Origin: Limisphaerales bacterium
GTDB lineage: Bacteria; Verrucomicrobiota; Verrucomicrobiia; Limisphaerales; UBA11358
Reading direction: 5' to 3'
Length of the DNA stretch: 64,000 nucleotides
Assembly (NCBI GenBank): GCA_003161635.1
Contig: PMOA01000100.1
Coordinates: 9,771 to 73,770 of the forward strand
Made by a program: the position numbers and the translations under genes. Shown one piece after another: positions 45,807 through 57,090 of the stretch (the stretch's first letter is position 1; each line of letters starts with the position of its first letter). Under the pieces are notes generated by a model. That model worked only from the letters and a program-made list of their open reading frames with translations, ran no database searches and was not told the DNA's origin.

Positions 45807-46805
45807 TTAAAAGTGGCTTGCGGCGTTGATTTCGTTGAAGTAACCCAGCCAGAATTGGACGACTTTGTAGGCGATCATCAGCGCGACGAGGAAATAAAGG
45901 ATGCGCGGCGTCCATTGGGCAAAGGCATGGAGCTTGCGCGTGCCTTCCTCATTGTAAAGCCGGTTCAGATGGCGGAGCGTTTCATCAAGTTTGCCGCTGA
46001 CTTCGCCGCTGGCGTAAAGATTGGCGAACATTTCCGGGAATATCGGGCGGAGGCGCACGGCTTCGGACGGTGTTTGACCGGCGGCCACTTGCGGTTTCCA
46101 CGCCTGCACCGCGTGTCGCAACGCGGGCGAGCCGCTTGCGGCTGCGGCCAAATCCCAGGCCTCGATGATATTGACCCCCGCACTGATGAGCGCTTCGAGC
46201 GCCGCTGCGAGCCGTGACAGGGCGAGACAATGCCGCGCCGTGCCGAGAATCGGAATCGGGCGCAAAAGAGATTCGATTCGCGCGCGCCAGTTTTCGCCGT
46301 GTTTGCTTTGCGTGGCGTAAATGGCAAGCGCGACGACGGCGTAAATTGGAATCAGCACCCCGAAGGTTTTTGCCAGGTAAGCGGGCAAATTACCGGACAG
46401 GAAGAATTGCGCGAAGGGAAAAATGAAGATGGCCAGATGAAACAGCACGACCGGATAAATCAAATCGGCGATGACCTGGCGCGCAATGCGGGCGCGGTCG
46501 TTGTAGTAATCGGCGAGCAGACGGAAACAGGCGTCGAGCCGCCCGCTGTGTTCGCCGGCTTCAATCAACGCGAGGTCAAACGCGGGCAGCCAGCCGAGAG
46601 GTTGCAATGATTCGGCCAGCGTCGCGCCCCGGGCGAGTTCATCGAGCAGGCGTTGCAACGGCTCGCGGAATGAAGGGGCCGGCGGACTGCGTTTGATTTG
46701 CTCCAGCGCACGAACGACGCCAATTCCGGCGGACGTGAGCTGGGCGAGTTGATGAAACAACTCGGCGCGCTGGGTGAATTGGCGGGGAGTGACGATGAGC
46801 GGCAT
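45807..46805 (-). CDS. GspF/PilC-family (T2SS-F domain x2) inner-membrane platform protein, orphan
   Basis: There are two repeats of the T2SSF pattern (L...L..G..L..AL.....P......I..GE.SG.L...L..L...Y) separated by TM helices. It is 332 aa, shorter than canonical ~400-aa GspF. No secretin, ATPase or pseudopilin gene lies nearby. Confidence 0.65.
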   Translation of the reverse strand: MPLIVTPRQFTQRAELFHQLAQLTSAGIGVVRALEQIKRSPPAPSFREPLQRLLDELARGATLAESLQPLGWLPAFDLALIEAGEHSGRLDACFRLLADYYNDRARIARQVIADLIYPVVLFHLAIFIFPFAQFFLSGNLPAYLAKTFGVLIPIYAVVALAIYATQSKHGENWRARIESLLRPIPILGTARHCLALSRLAAALEALISAGVNIIEAWDLAAAASGSPALRHAVQAWKPQVAAGQTPSEAVRLRPIFPEMFANLYASGEVSGKLDETLRHLNRLYNEEGTRKLHAFAQWTPRILYFLVALMIAYKVVQFWLGYFNEINAASHF

Positions 46806-46832
46806 AATCCCGCCTCGCGGGACCGGCAGCGG

Positions 46833-47165
46833 TCAGGCCGCGACGCGGTCCAGGCTGGCCTTGAAATCGCGCCGGCTCTTGGCGCCAACCATTTGCTCGG
46901 CGATTTCGCCCTTGTTAAAAAGCAGCAGGGTGGGAATGGCGCGGATGCCGTACTCGGCGGCGAGCGACTGATGTTCGTCAATGTTCACTTTGCCGATTTT
47001 CACCTTGCCGTCGTATTCGTCGGCCAGTTCGTCAAGGAGCGGCGCGATCATTTTGCATGGGCCGCACCATTCGGCCCAGAAATCAACGAGCACGGGCACC
47101 GGCGATTGCAAAACCTGCTGCGCAAAATTTTCCTGCGTGAGCGTGACGATTAATGGAGAAGCCAT
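46833..47165 (-). CDS. trxA: thioredoxin
   Basis: [18 protein letters not shown]...[12 protein letters not shown]. The protein is 110 aa. Confidence 0.93.
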   Translation of the reverse strand: MASPLIVTLTQENFAQQVLQSPVPVLVDFWAEWCGPCKMIAPLLDELADEYDGKVKIGKVNIDEHQSLAAEYGIRAIPTLLLFNKGEIAEQMVGAKSRRDFKASLDRVAA

Positions 47166-47217
47166 ACGTCAAATGGGATAGTTTTTGGCACGAGAAACAA
47201 TGCGGTCAAAACCGGTT

Positions 47218-47649
47218 TCAGCCGATTGCATTTTTGAGGATCAGGAACATCCAGACCACAGTGCCGGTGGCAAACAATCCAGCCACAACCGCGGCGATGA
47301 CCAGAATGTTGTCGAGCGCGCCAAACGTGGGAGCGGTGGCAGGCGCCGCTCTTTGGACCGCCGGAGCGGAACGTGTTTGAGCTACGGGCGCGGCAGCGGC
47401 AGTGGCCCTTGGCGCCGCCGCAGTGGATGCCGACGGGGTTTTTGCCGTGGTAAGTGGTGCTGCACTGGGAGCGCCGGTAGGACCGCCGGGCGGCAGCGTC
47501 GGCAGTTTGATGGTCGGCGCCGTGGATGGTTTCGGCGGCAAATTGATTCGGACGGTCTCTTTTTTGGGCTGGACCTTGCCGGTTTCTTTTTTTACCGGCG
47601 GCACAGCGCCTGCGGGCGCGCCTAGTATATTCGAAGGAATGTCAGCCAT
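47218..47649 (-). CDS. Pro/Ala/Thr-rich protein with C-terminal TM anchor, unknown function
   Basis: ORF 47218-47649. The N-terminal ~110 aa are low-complexity. The C-terminal helix is ILVIAAVVAGLFATGTVVWMFLIL. Confidence 0.4.
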   Translation of the reverse strand: MADIPSNILGAPAGAVPPVKKETGKVQPKKETVRINLPPKPSTAPTIKLPTLPPGGPTGAPSAAPLTTAKTPSASTAAAPRATAAAAPVAQTRSAPAVQRAAPATAPTFGALDNILVIAAVVAGLFATGTVVWMFLILKNAIG

Positions 47650-47740
47650 AGTATTTAGTGGTTCAAGATAAACGGCGGACGGCGGCTGTCAAATTAAATC
47701 CTGGAAACACATGGGAGGACTGTTGGCACACAACCCGCCA

Positions 47741-49123
47741 TCAAGTCTTTTCCTCAATCAATTCACGCCGTGCGCCGCCGAGCAATTGTTCGACGAAACC
47801 GGTCGAATAAACGCCCCGCCGGAAATTCGGGTCCTGCATGATGGCTTGCTGGAAGGACACTGTGGTTTTAATGCCGGTAATCATATATTCGGCGAGTGCG
47901 CGGTTCATGCGATCCATCGCCTCGCGCCGGTCCTTGCCGGTGGTTATCAGTTTGCCAATCATCGAGTCATACGTCGATGGGATCGTGTAACCCGCGTAAG
48001 CATGGGTATCCACACGCACGCCGCGGCCACCGGGTTGAAAATACATCTCAATCCGTCCCGGGCTGGGACGGAACTCATCAAACGGGTCCTCGGCATTGAT
48101 GCGACATTCGATGGCATGACCTTTGATTTGAATGTCGCTTTGCGAATGTTGCAGCGGCTCGCCCATCGCCAGCAGGATTTGATAGCGCACGAGATCAATG
48201 CCCGTGACTTCTTCGGTGACCGGGTGCTCGACTTGAATCCGCTTGTTGACTTCGAGGAAATAAAAGTTGCCGTGATTATCCACGATGAATTCGACGGTGC
48301 CGGCGTTGGTATAGTGTGCGGCCTCAGCGATTTTCACGGCGGCCTTGCCGATTTTGTCGCGCAATTTGCGGAATTTATACTCGAGCAATGGCGACGGCGC
48401 TTCTTCGATAAGTTTTTGGTTGCGGCGTTGAACGGAACAATCACGTTCGCCCAGATGAATAATGCGGCCTTTTTGGTCACCGAGAATCTGAATTTCGATA
48501 TGATGCGGATTCTCGATGTATTTCTCAATATAGACCCCGGAATTGCCAAACGTCTTTTCCGCTTCGTTTCGCGCCGTGTGATAACCTTTCACGAGCGAAA
48601 TGTCATTATGCGCCACACGCATCCCGCGTCCGCCACCGCCGGCGACGGCTTTGATCATCACCGGATAACCGATGTGTTTGGCGATGGCCAGAGCGTCCGG
48701 TTCTTTTTCAACGACGCCTTCCGACCCTGGCGGTATGGGAACGCCGGCCTTTTTGGCCAGTGCGCGGCTGACCGCTTTGTCGGCCAGCGCCTGCATCGTG
48801 CGCGGATTTGGGCCGATAAAACGAATGTTGCAACTCTCGCAAACCTCGGCGAAATGCGCGTTCTCCGAAAGAAAACCGTAGCCGGGATGAATCGCGTCCA
48901 CATCCGCGACCTCCGCTGCGCTGATGATGCGGTCAATGCGCAAATAACTTTCCGCCGCCGCCGCTTTGCCGATGCAAATGGCTTCATCGGCCAGTTGCAC
49001 GTGCATGGAATTGGCATCTGCCTCCGAATAGACGGCGACCGTGCGGACGTTCAACTCTTTGCAAGCGCGAATGATCCGAACAGCAATTTCGCCGCGATTG
49101 GCGACCAGAATTTTTTCAAACAT
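47741..49123 (-). CDS. accC: acetyl-CoA carboxylase biotin carboxylase subunit
   Basis: Motifs: [88 protein letters not shown]. Confidence 0.97.
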   Translation of the reverse strand: MFEKILVANRGEIAVRIIRACKELNVRTVAVYSEADANSMHVQLADEAICIGKAAAAESYLRIDRIISAAEVADVDAIHPGYGFLSENAHFAEVCESCNIRFIGPNPRTMQALADKAVSRALAKKAGVPIPPGSEGVVEKEPDALAIAKHIGYPVMIKAVAGGGGRGMRVAHNDISLVKGYHTARNEAEKTFGNSGVYIEKYIENPHHIEIQILGDQKGRIIHLGERDCSVQRRNQKLIEEAPSPLLEYKFRKLRDKIGKAAVKIAEAAHYTNAGTVEFIVDNHGNFYFLEVNKRIQVEHPVTEEVTGIDLVRYQILLAMGEPLQHSQSDIQIKGHAIECRINAEDPFDEFRPSPGRIEMYFQPGGRGVRVDTHAYAGYTIPSTYDSMIGKLITTGKDRREAMDRMNRALAEYMITGIKTTVSFQQAIMQDPNFRRGVYSTGFVEQLLGGARRELIEEKT

Positions 49124-49174
49124 GGGCTTTCAGTGAAAGCAAACAGGATTAAACGAATGTTTCTGTGACTGAAG

Positions 49175-49630
49175 TCAGGCCGGCCGCACTTTGAACAGCG
49201 GCTGGCCGAATTCCACCGGTTTGGCGTTTTCCACCAGAACCTGCGTGATGACGCCTTTGACTTCAGCTTTGATTTCATTCATCACTTTCATCGCTTCAAT
49301 GATGCACACAACGGATTCAGGGTTGATTTCAGTGCCAATTTCAACGTAACTCCCGGCCTCAGGGGATGGCGCGCGGTAAAAAGTGCCGATCATTGGTGAT
49401 TTGACCTCAATTTCGCCGGTGGCTGGAGGTGGCGCTGCCGGGGCGACAGCCACAGGTGGCAAAACCGGAACAACACCCGCCGTTCCCGGTTCATCATACT
49501 GAACGACAGGCGAGCCGCCGTTCAAGCCGCGCTTCAGCCTGATTTTTGAATCCTGACGTTCCAACTCAAACTCCGTTATGGAGTTTTTTTTCATCAGGTC
49601 AATTATGGCCTTAATATCTTTTATATCCAC
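49175..49630 (-). CDS. accB: acetyl-CoA carboxylase biotin carboxyl carrier protein
   Basis: The C-terminal lipoyl-like domain has the biotinylation motif IIEAMKVMNEI. There is a Pro/Ala linker, and the N-terminus reads DIKAIIDLMKK. Confidence 0.92.
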   Translation of the reverse strand: MDIKDIKAIIDLMKKNSITEFELERQDSKIRLKRGLNGGSPVVQYDEPGTAGVVPVLPPVAVAPAAPPPATGEIEVKSPMIGTFYRAPSPEAGSYVEIGTEINPESVVCIIEAMKVMNEIKAEVKGVITQVLVENAKPVEFGQPLFKVRPA

Positions 49631-49683
49631 GGCGCGTTTTCGTTAAAGTAAACTCGAATTCCTGTTTTTTAATCCATAATACC

Positions 49684-49716
49684 CAAAAAAGCAGCAGCCG
49701 AAGTTCGACTCTGCTT
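49684..49716 (-). terminator. hairpin plus U-tract between aroQ and accB (terminator or attenuator)
   Basis: The minus strand reads AAGCAG-agtcgaacttcggctg-CTGCTT-TTTTGGG, about 55 nt upstream of the accB ATG in an AT-rich spacer. Confidence 0.4.
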
Positions 49717-49834
49717 GAATCATTATTAAGTTGGATGGCATCCTATTCATTTGAAAGATTATCGTCAAGTTTCAAAATAGAAAAAAATTTGACCACAAAA
49801 ACGGACAAAATTGCCATAAAAATCAATTTTATTG

Positions 49835-50275
49835 CTATTTTTTATTAACTTTAACGTCAATGGCAGCTTCCAATGCCAAAATATAGGATTTTTGGCCAAA
49901 GCCGGTGATTTGTCCCCAGCAAACCGGCGCAATCAACGATTTGTGTCTGAATTCTTCTCTCGCATGAATGTTTGAGAGATGAATCTCAATGGTCGGTACC
50001 CCTACCGCTGCAATCGCGTCCCGTAGCGCAATGCTGGTATGGGTGTAAGCGGCGGCATTGATGACAATCACGTCAAACTGCCCTTTTGCCTGCTGAATCC
50101 AGTCAACCAGCTCGCCTTCCAGATTGGATTGCCGAAAATCAATCCCCGCCTTCAACTGTGCGGCACGTTCACGCACTTTTGCCTCAATATCGGCCAAAGT
50201 CGCGCGGCCATAGACTTCAGGCTCGCGCTGTCCCAACAGATTCAGATTCGGCCCGTTGAGAAAGAGAATTTTCAT
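49835..50275 (-). CDS. aroQ: type II 3-dehydroquinate dehydratase
   Basis: From ATG 50275: [62 protein letters not shown]. Confidence 0.93.
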   Translation of the reverse strand: MKILFLNGPNLNLLGQREPEVYGRATLADIEAKVRERAAQLKAGIDFRQSNLEGELVDWIQQAKGQFDVIVINAAAYTHTSIALRDAIAAVGVPTIEIHLSNIHAREEFRHKSLIAPVCWGQITGFGQKSYILALEAAIDVKVNKK

Positions 50276-51690
50276 GTGTGGTGGGCAGAATAACCGGTCA
50301 TCGGATGCTTGTCGATTTGATTTCCGGTCGTGGCGAGCAGAAAGCCCAATAAGGTGAAGGCCGTCCAAGCCAATGCCGGAACATAGAGGCTAAACTCACC
50401 AAACCCTTGGATAAACCAGGCAAATACTCCCAGAAAAATGGCGAAGCTTGCCGGATCACCAGAGCGCCAGACGCGCCGCCCGATCGTCAGCAGTGAAAGC
50501 ACAATCCACGCTCCGTAAAGCGTTCCGCCGACAATGCCCGAATCCGAAAATTGTTCGAGGTAGTCATTATGCGCCAGGCGGGCCATTTCGGCGGTGGGCG
50601 ATTTGAGTTGTGCGTAAGGCCGTTGAAAAGTGCCCGGACCCGTTCCCAGCAGCGGATGCTTGAATGTGATTTCCACCGCCGCGCGCCAGTAATCAAACCG
50701 TGCGCCGACGCTGGTTGCGCCGGCGGCAAAGTAACCGTGGAATCGCACGGCAAAAATTCCCAGTCCAATCACCGTTACCGCGATGAGTGCCGCCCATTTC
50801 AATCGGGGAGGCCACTGCAAGCGAAACAAGCACGCGCCGCCAATCGCCACCGCAATCAGCCAACCCAACTTTGAGCCGGTCCAAAAAAATGCCGCGCCAC
50901 CCAGAAAAATGGTCAGTGTGATTACCGTCGCGCGAATGGATGGTCGCAGTCGTTTTGTGCTGTTGAACGCCAAAACGAGCGACCCCGGTAATAACAGCAG
51001 AATTAAGCCCGCCAAGGCGTTGGGATAAACCAACGTGCCCATGACGCGCCCTTTGGCAAACTTGGCGAGGATGGCCGGATTGGGCACGTCCACGGCATTG
51101 GTGGTGATGATGACCTGGTTGCGTTTCATCTCCATAAACAGTTCCGGCGGAAGGTTTGTCCAGCCGGTGCGCGCTCCTTCCAACAATATTTGCCGGCTTT
51201 GCGGGAACTCGAACAGCCGCTGGTTGATTCCCCGAACGAGGCAAAATGCGAACGTCATCAGCACGCCGATGAGCAGCCAATGCCAGGCGCGTTCGCGTCC
51301 GAAAATAAATGCGCCGATGAAATAGCAAGCGAGGCATCCGGCAAATTGACAAAGCGTCGTTGCGGTGAGATTGCCATCCACGGTTTGCGTGGCTGACAGA
51401 AGCTGCCAGCCGAACCATAGCAACGGCAGCAGCCAGAGCCAGCGCGTTCCCGGCCAGCGCGGCTTGCTCGTGAACACAAGCGCCGCACCCGTCAGTGCCA
51501 ACGGCAACAGAATCCAGTTGCTCCAATGTGTGGGCCAGGCGTCCGTCCAAAATTCGGTAGGCGAAACCGGCGGCGTGATTTTTTGGTCGAGGATGACCGG
51601 ATTGCCAAACTTCAAAATCGCCAGACCGAGAAACAGTCCGAATACGAGCGCGTAAAATCCGGTTCCGGTGATTTTTTTTTCAGACTTCAT
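50272..51690 (-). CDS. O-antigen ligase/polymerase-like (Wzy_C) polytopic membrane protein
   Basis: It has about 11 TM helices. A periplasmic loop carries GPGTF....Y........[17 protein letters not shown], the typical Wzy_C H-N-x-Y-L motif. Its stop overlaps the aroQ start (ATGA). Confidence 0.75.
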   Translation of the reverse strand: MKSEKKITGTGFYALVFGLFLGLAILKFGNPVILDQKITPPVSPTEFWTDAWPTHWSNWILLPLALTGAALVFTSKPRWPGTRWLWLLPLLWFGWQLLSATQTVDGNLTATTLCQFAGCLACYFIGAFIFGRERAWHWLLIGVLMTFAFCLVRGINQRLFEFPQSRQILLEGARTGWTNLPPELFMEMKRNQVIITTNAVDVPNPAILAKFAKGRVMGTLVYPNALAGLILLLLPGSLVLAFNSTKRLRPSIRATVITLTIFLGGAAFFWTGSKLGWLIAVAIGGACLFRLQWPPRLKWAALIAVTVIGLGIFAVRFHGYFAAGATSVGARFDYWRAAVEITFKHPLLGTGPGTFQRPYAQLKSPTAEMARLAHNDYLEQFSDSGIVGGTLYGAWIVLSLLTIGRRVWRSGDPASFAIFLGVFAWFIQGFGEFSLYVPALAWTAFTLLGFLLATTGNQIDKHPMTGYSAHHT

Positions 51691-51713
51691 TGCGAGATTT
51701 CGTTCGCAACCGG

Positions 51714-52739
51714 TTAAAAACGAAGTTTGAGCAGGCCTACTTCCAGCGCCAGCGCTTCCTGCACGTTGGTGTGCAACAACCGCTGGGTTTGCTCCAAGGT
51801 TTGCAGATTTTCCAATGCCTGCCGTGGTGTAATGCGCCGGGCGACGGCTTCCGCACCGGAAATTTCAGGAAATTTCAGCAGGCTTCCGCCGGCAGCGAGC
51901 GTGCGCAGCCACACGTCGCGCAACCACCATTGCACGAGCAAAAGCGCCTCCGCCCGCTGGCGGCGATATTCCGCTTCGATGGCCGCCGCCAGTTCGTCCT
52001 CCCACTTTTCGCGCAAGTCTTTTTCGATTTCATCGTGCTGTTGCAATGGCGAGCGCGCGGTCAGGGTCTCATCCACGCGCACCCGGATTTCGCCGAGCCT
52101 TTGCAGCAGCGCGTCGAGCAGCCGGTAGCGCCCCAGCAAACTTTTTTGCTCATTGGCCGCCAGCGCGTCAAAATGCGCGAGCCATTCCATTTGCGCCGGG
52201 TCAAGCGATCGGGTGCCTTCGCCGAAAAAATTCAGGCGCAGACAGCGCGACAAAATTGTTTCCAAAATCCGCTGCGGCTCGGTCGAAAGCAAAATCAGAA
52301 CCGACTTGCCGGGCGGTTCTTCAAGCGTTTTCAAGAAAGCATTGGCGGCTTGAACATTAAGCCGGTCCGCCCCCGCGATGATCGCCACCTTGTATTCGGC
52401 CTCGGTGGGTTTGAGTTGGATTTCGCGCATCAACTCGCGCATTTGCTCGACGGTGACGATGCGCGATTTGGACTCAGGCCGCGCCCAATGCACGTCGGCA
52501 TGGGTGTCGTGGTCAATTTTCCGGCAGCTCAAACATGCGTCGCAGCAATCGGTCGTCACGCCGCCGGTTTTGACGGGGTTCTGGCAGTTCAGCGTTTTGG
52601 CCAGCGTGCGGGCGAGCGATTCCAACTCTTCGAGCTGATCCCCGGCGAACAGGTAGGCGTGGCCGAGCCGCCCGCGGGCGAGCGAACGCTGGAGCAATTC
52701 GACGCCTTGCGTTTGTTTCGCAAAATGTTTGAAGGCCAT
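51714..52739 (-). CDS. holB: DNA polymerase III subunit delta'
   Basis: Motifs: RLGHAYLFAG, CQNP....CCDACLSCRKI..D.HADVHW (Zn module), KVAIIAGADRLN.QAANAFLKTLEEPP, ILSRC. Confidence 0.88.
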   Translation of the reverse strand: MAFKHFAKQTQGVELLQRSLARGRLGHAYLFAGDQLEELESLARTLAKTLNCQNPVKTGGVTTDCCDACLSCRKIDHDTHADVHWARPESKSRIVTVEQMRELMREIQLKPTEAEYKVAIIAGADRLNVQAANAFLKTLEEPPGKSVLILLSTEPQRILETILSRCLRLNFFGEGTRSLDPAQMEWLAHFDALAANEQKSLLGRYRLLDALLQRLGEIRVRVDETLTARSPLQQHDEIEKDLREKWEDELAAAIEAEYRRQRAEALLLVQWWLRDVWLRTLAAGGSLLKFPEISGAEAVARRITPRQALENLQTLEQTQRLLHTNVQEALALEVGLLKLRF

Positions 52740-52840
52740 GCGCGTTTAAGATGAAAGTTCGTCCGATTTTGACGCTTCAGCTTTCAAAGCTTGTTGGCGT
52801 AGAAATTGCGCGTTCACCCGGCCGGTGGGCAAACAAAATT

Positions 52841-54175
52841 CTATTGGGCGTGGAGTATTTTCCAATCAGCATAGTGTTCTAGCATTCGCTTTGGGGTGTC
52901 GTTGTACCACGAATAACCATTGCGACGTTCTTCCGAGATTTCGTTCACGTTGTCGTGAATACTCTTGTCCCGGTCGCCAAAAATCGGACGGTCAGTGCCG
53001 ATTTCATAATAGCGGGCCCAAATCGGTTCGTTGCCCGGCGCGGGAACGAGGCGACGTCCGTCGTCATAATCAAATTTGAAAGCCATGTCGTAGATTTTGG
53101 TTTTTTCAAACCACGCTGCGGCGGCATTTACAGCCGCGACGATCTCCGGGCTGGGAACGGGTTGTTCCATCAAAAACATCATAAGTTCCGCGCTTTCGCC
53201 ACTGGTCTGTGACGGCATCTCGTAATTGCGGGCCGAAGTCGGTTGCAGTGTCAGCGCGTCATGTTGCTGGCACCACACGGTGCGGCGGCCATTCACAACA
53301 ATCTGGGTGGCAAGCACGCAGGCGATTCCGCGCTGAAGGCTGGCCGCCGCCCGCGCGCGGTATTTTTCCGGCACGAAGGCAAATTCACTGTTCGTTTCGG
53401 AAATGTCGCGCAACAAAGCGAGCACGTTGAGCATAACGTTGTCGTTGCAGGTGATCGCGTCGTGATAATCACCCTGGAGCGGCCACACTTGAGGCCAGCC
53501 GCCGTTCGGATATTGCGCGGCAAAAATGTAATCAAGACCGTGCAGAAATGCCGCGCGATAAGGCACAGATTGATTGGTTCCGGTTGCGGCAATGACTTTC
53601 GCCAAAAAACGCAGTTCCGTGCTCGTGGCATCATTATCGAATGTGCCAACGTAGTCCCAATGGGCATCGCGGGATATGTCAAAGTCCGCCTTGCCAAGGT
53701 GACGCGAGTTGTTGTTGGAGGTGAAACTTTCGCCCGGAGCGCGCGGGTGTTGCGTCATGTCCAGATTTTTGCTCCAGCCTCCGGCCGGAGTCTGAAACGA
53801 AACCACGATGTCCGCGATGCGCCTCGCCTCGCTTTCGCCATACCAGGAAGCGGGGTTGTTCAACGGAATGCTTCTCGCCGAATGACCTGGCGGTGGAACA
53901 CCAAGCTGCTTGATGCCGTGCTTGCGCATTTCCGCCTGAAGAAAAGCCTGGTCAGCCCGCAACTGCCTGGTCGAACGCTTCAGATATTCTTTCCAGACGG
54001 GTTGTTGTGCGCGTGGCAGCGCGGCGATGCGCCCGGCTGTCAACGGCTGTGTTGGTGAATTGGTGCCGATGATTGCGGCTGGCAGAACCGGGGTAAAAGT
54101 GAAGAACAGCCCAAACAAAGCCGCAAAAACGCGCCACTGGCGCAGCCAATTTAAAAAATTGGGCGAACAATTCAT
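52841..54175 (-). CDS. pectate lyase, PelA/Pel-15E (PL10-like) family
   Basis: From ATG 54175 (MNCSPNFLNWLRQWRVFAALFGLFF signal). Blocks recalled from PL10 are Q.P.GGWSKN, TFDNDATSTELRFLA, YPNGGWPQ.WP and TCNDN.M. The call rests on recollection only. Confidence 0.65.
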   Translation of the reverse strand: MNCSPNFLNWLRQWRVFAALFGLFFTFTPVLPAAIIGTNSPTQPLTAGRIAALPRAQQPVWKEYLKRSTRQLRADQAFLQAEMRKHGIKQLGVPPPGHSARSIPLNNPASWYGESEARRIADIVVSFQTPAGGWSKNLDMTQHPRAPGESFTSNNNSRHLGKADFDISRDAHWDYVGTFDNDATSTELRFLAKVIAATGTNQSVPYRAAFLHGLDYIFAAQYPNGGWPQVWPLQGDYHDAITCNDNVMLNVLALLRDISETNSEFAFVPEKYRARAAASLQRGIACVLATQIVVNGRRTVWCQQHDALTLQPTSARNYEMPSQTSGESAELMMFLMEQPVPSPEIVAAVNAAAAWFEKTKIYDMAFKFDYDDGRRLVPAPGNEPIWARYYEIGTDRPIFGDRDKSIHDNVNEISEERRNGYSWYNDTPKRMLEHYADWKILHAQ

Positions 54176-54387
54176 GTTCTTCAATTGTGTGACTGGTTTG
54201 GAGGGTTGCGCCAACAAAATCGGTGTTGAAAAACCAATCTTTGAGCCTTGTTTTTGCCTGACTCAAATAGGAGCCGGGAGGGCTTGACCTTCCGGGCCGT
54301 TGTTTCACCTTTCCTGTGCCGGTTGACCGGCGGGAGATGTCCCTTCAACCACGCCGTAAGATGAACACCTTGGATTCCGGCTGGAAC

Positions 54388-55914
54388 TTATGAGATGAAT
54401 CCGTTGCACAGGCCATAGTAGGTGTCATTCCATTTCAACTCCTGCCGGAATGCCCGGATGTTCGTGTCCTCGTCAATGACCAGCAATTCCACGCCAGCCA
54501 TGGTCGCAAAATCTTCGATCATCTCCGTGGTGACCGCCTGGCTGAATCCCGTATGGTGCGCACCCCCGGCATAGATCCACGCGGTGGCGGCGACCGGCAG
54601 GTTCGGTTTTGGAATCCAGAGGGCGCGCGCCACCGGCAGTTTGGGCAGCGGCTCTTCCGGCGGGACAACCTCCACTTCGTTCACGAGCAGGCGGAAACGA
54701 TTGCCCATGTCCATCATGGACGCGTTGAGGCCCGGGCCCGGCGGGGTGTCGAACACCAGCCGCGCGGGGTCGGCCTTGCCGCCAATGCCCAGGGGATGGA
54801 CTTCCAATGATGGTTTTCCTTTCGCGATGCTCGGGCAAATTTCCAGCATGTGCGCTCCAAGGACTTTCATGCCCTTGGAATCCAGATGATAGGTATAATC
54901 TTCCATGAAGGATGTGCCGCCTTTGAGGCCGGAGGCCATGACTTTCATTGCGCGAACGAGGGCGCAGGTTTTCCAATCGCCTTCCGCGCCAAAGCCGTAA
55001 CCTTCAGCCATGAGCCGCTGAACCGGCAAACCCGGCAATTGCGCCAAGCCGTGCAAATCCTCGAAGGTCGTGGTAAAGCCCTTGAAGCCGCCCGCTTTCA
55101 AAAATTTGCGCAAGCCAATCTCAATCCGGGCGGCTTCGCGGATGGCCACCCGCAGGGGCGGGTTCCGGCGGAGGGTGGAGGGAAGCCGGTAACTGGCTTC
55201 GTATTCGTTGAGGAGCGAGTTGATTTGCGCATCCGTTGCGGCATTGACGTATTTCACCAGATCACCCAGGCCGTAGCCGTTGACGGAATAACCAAACTGC
55301 ATTTGCGCGGCGACCTTGTCGCCTTCGGTCACGGCAACTTCCCGCATATTGTCGCCAAAGCGGGCGAACCGGGCGCCCTGCCAGTCATTCCAGGCGGCCG
55401 CCGCGCGGCACCAGGCGCCGATTTGGTCCTGGACGTCGGCATCCTGCCAGAAACCAACGACGACTTTCCGGTTCAGGCGCATCCGGCTCATGATGAAACC
55501 ATGCTCCCGGTCACCGTGGGCGGACTGGTTGAGATTCATGAAGTCCATGTCAATGGATGACCAGGGGATGCTGCGATTATACTGGGTATGGAGGTGCAAG
55601 ATCGGCTTCTGAAGAATCTTGAATCCGTTGATCCACATTTTGGATGGCGAAAACGTATGACACCAGGTAACCAACCCGATGCATCCGGACGACTGATTGG
55701 CCCGCTGGCAGAGGGCAAACACTTCTTCGGGGGTCTTGACGGTCGGTTTGAAAAGCACCTTGACCGGGATGGCACTTGCGGCATCCAGTGCCCCGGCAAT
55801 CTCCCGGGAATGGGCGGCAACCTGTTTGAGGGTTTCCGGCCCGTATAGCTGCTGGCTGCCGGTGACAAACCAAACTTCCATTCGTTTCAGATCAATCATA
55901 AATGTGCGTTCCAT
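54388..55914 (-). CDS. araA: L-arabinose isomerase
   Basis: Motifs: [82 protein letters not shown] 55899 (MIDLKR) is an alternative start. Confidence 0.95.
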   Translation of the reverse strand: MERTFMIDLKRMEVWFVTGSQQLYGPETLKQVAAHSREIAGALDAASAIPVKVLFKPTVKTPEEVFALCQRANQSSGCIGLVTWCHTFSPSKMWINGFKILQKPILHLHTQYNRSIPWSSIDMDFMNLNQSAHGDREHGFIMSRMRLNRKVVVGFWQDADVQDQIGAWCRAAAAWNDWQGARFARFGDNMREVAVTEGDKVAAQMQFGYSVNGYGLGDLVKYVNAATDAQINSLLNEYEASYRLPSTLRRNPPLRVAIREAARIEIGLRKFLKAGGFKGFTTTFEDLHGLAQLPGLPVQRLMAEGYGFGAEGDWKTCALVRAMKVMASGLKGGTSFMEDYTYHLDSKGMKVLGAHMLEICPSIAKGKPSLEVHPLGIGGKADPARLVFDTPPGPGLNASMMDMGNRFRLLVNEVEVVPPEEPLPKLPVARALWIPKPNLPVAATAWIYAGGAHHTGFSQAVTTEMIEDFATMAGVELLVIDEDTNIRAFRQELKWNDTYYGLCNGFIS

Positions 55915-56100
55915 TTTCCCGGTATTTGGAAGGTTGTCAATGAATGGGGCGGCGGGGTGTAAATAAACCCGGGTGTGGTGCCGGGTCCCCGCTCATCCAT
56001 GGCACGGCTGCCTCCGGCTTGCGGGTGTATGTGCTCCGCGTCGGGAGACCGGTGTTTGCCAATGTTGTTTGATTTTCATCATCTCCGGCACAAATCCCAA

Positions 56101-56134
56101 ATAAAAGGAAAAGGGCAGGCACGCATGCCTGCCC
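56101..56134 (-). terminator. intrinsic terminator after the PEP-CTERM gene
   Basis: A perfect 9-bp stem GGGCAGGCA (56113-56121) / TGCCTGCCC (56126-56134) encloses a 4-nt loop. On the minus strand it is followed by TTTTCCTTTTAT. Confidence 0.7.
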
Positions 56135-56163
56135 TGAGGGAACAGCATATTTTCTAAAGCAAC

Positions 56164-57018
56164 TCAAGAAATGGCACTTGAGCGGCGGCGGAAAACCAGC
56201 ATCATTGCAAAACCGCCCAGCCCCAGCAACGCAACGCTGGCCGGTTCGGGAACGGTTATGACTGTAAAACCCGGATCGCTGAGCAAGTCAATGTTGACAT
56301 TGCCTACTACTCCGTTTCCTTCAAGGATGCCTCTCGCAATCAAGTCGTTTACCTGGGCGGTAGCGTCGCCAACCACAACCAACTTGCCTCCAGCGATATC
56401 AATGAGCCGTGTGGCGTCAGTGGATAATGTGCTACCCCACACACCGGCAGTAGGCGTACCGGTAAGAAGACCGTTGAGAGCAGTCACCGTCCCGCCATAA
56501 ATATTCAGGTGGCCACCCACCGCCAAATACTTCGTGGTCATCTGAGAATTGCCGTACAGGTTTACATCCACCCCCGGTGGGGCCGACCACCACCACATGT
56601 CACCGACAAAAATGCTATCTCCCGTAGTAAGTGAAGCATTGCCGTACAGGTTAACGAAAGTTCTGGGGCCCGCTATGGCGCCAACCGGAGCAATGCTATA
56701 ACCAGCGTTCACAGTGCCGTAGATATCGAGAGTTTGTCCCCACTCCGGGTATAACGTACCAGTGAGTTGTACCACGTCTGACGCGCCGATCGTTACCGGC
56801 AAAGTAGACACAACTGGATCAACGAAAATTCCGTTTGCAGTATTAGGCGGCACCACCCCTTGCACCCAGTTTAACGGATCACTCCACGATGTACCATCAC
56901 CAAGGCCTGACCAGTTATAATCTACGGCCGAAGCGTTTTGAACCAAACACGCTGCCAAAGCCACTGGAATTAAGTAATAGGGTTTTCTAAACATAACTTG
57001 TTGTCCTTTCTGTTTCAT
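56164..57018 (-). CDS. PEP-CTERM sorting-domain protein
   Basis: It has a signal peptide, a Gly/Thr/Asn-rich beta-repeat body, and the C-terminus VPEPASVALLGLGGFAMMLVFRRR (PEP motif, TM helix and basic tail). Confidence 0.85.
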   Translation of the reverse strand: MKQKGQQVMFRKPYYLIPVALAACLVQNASAVDYNWSGLGDGTSWSDPLNWVQGVVPPNTANGIFVDPVVSTLPVTIGASDVVQLTGTLYPEWGQTLDIYGTVNAGYSIAPVGAIAGPRTFVNLYGNASLTTGDSIFVGDMWWWSAPPGVDVNLYGNSQMTTKYLAVGGHLNIYGGTVTALNGLLTGTPTAGVWGSTLSTDATRLIDIAGGKLVVVGDATAQVNDLIARGILEGNGVVGNVNIDLLSDPGFTVITVPEPASVALLGLGGFAMMLVFRRRSSAIS

Positions 57019-57090
57019 AATTGTTTTTATGGCGTCAAATCCTTCTGTCCGAGTGAGACATCATTTTAAGGTTAACTTGACATTCTAATA

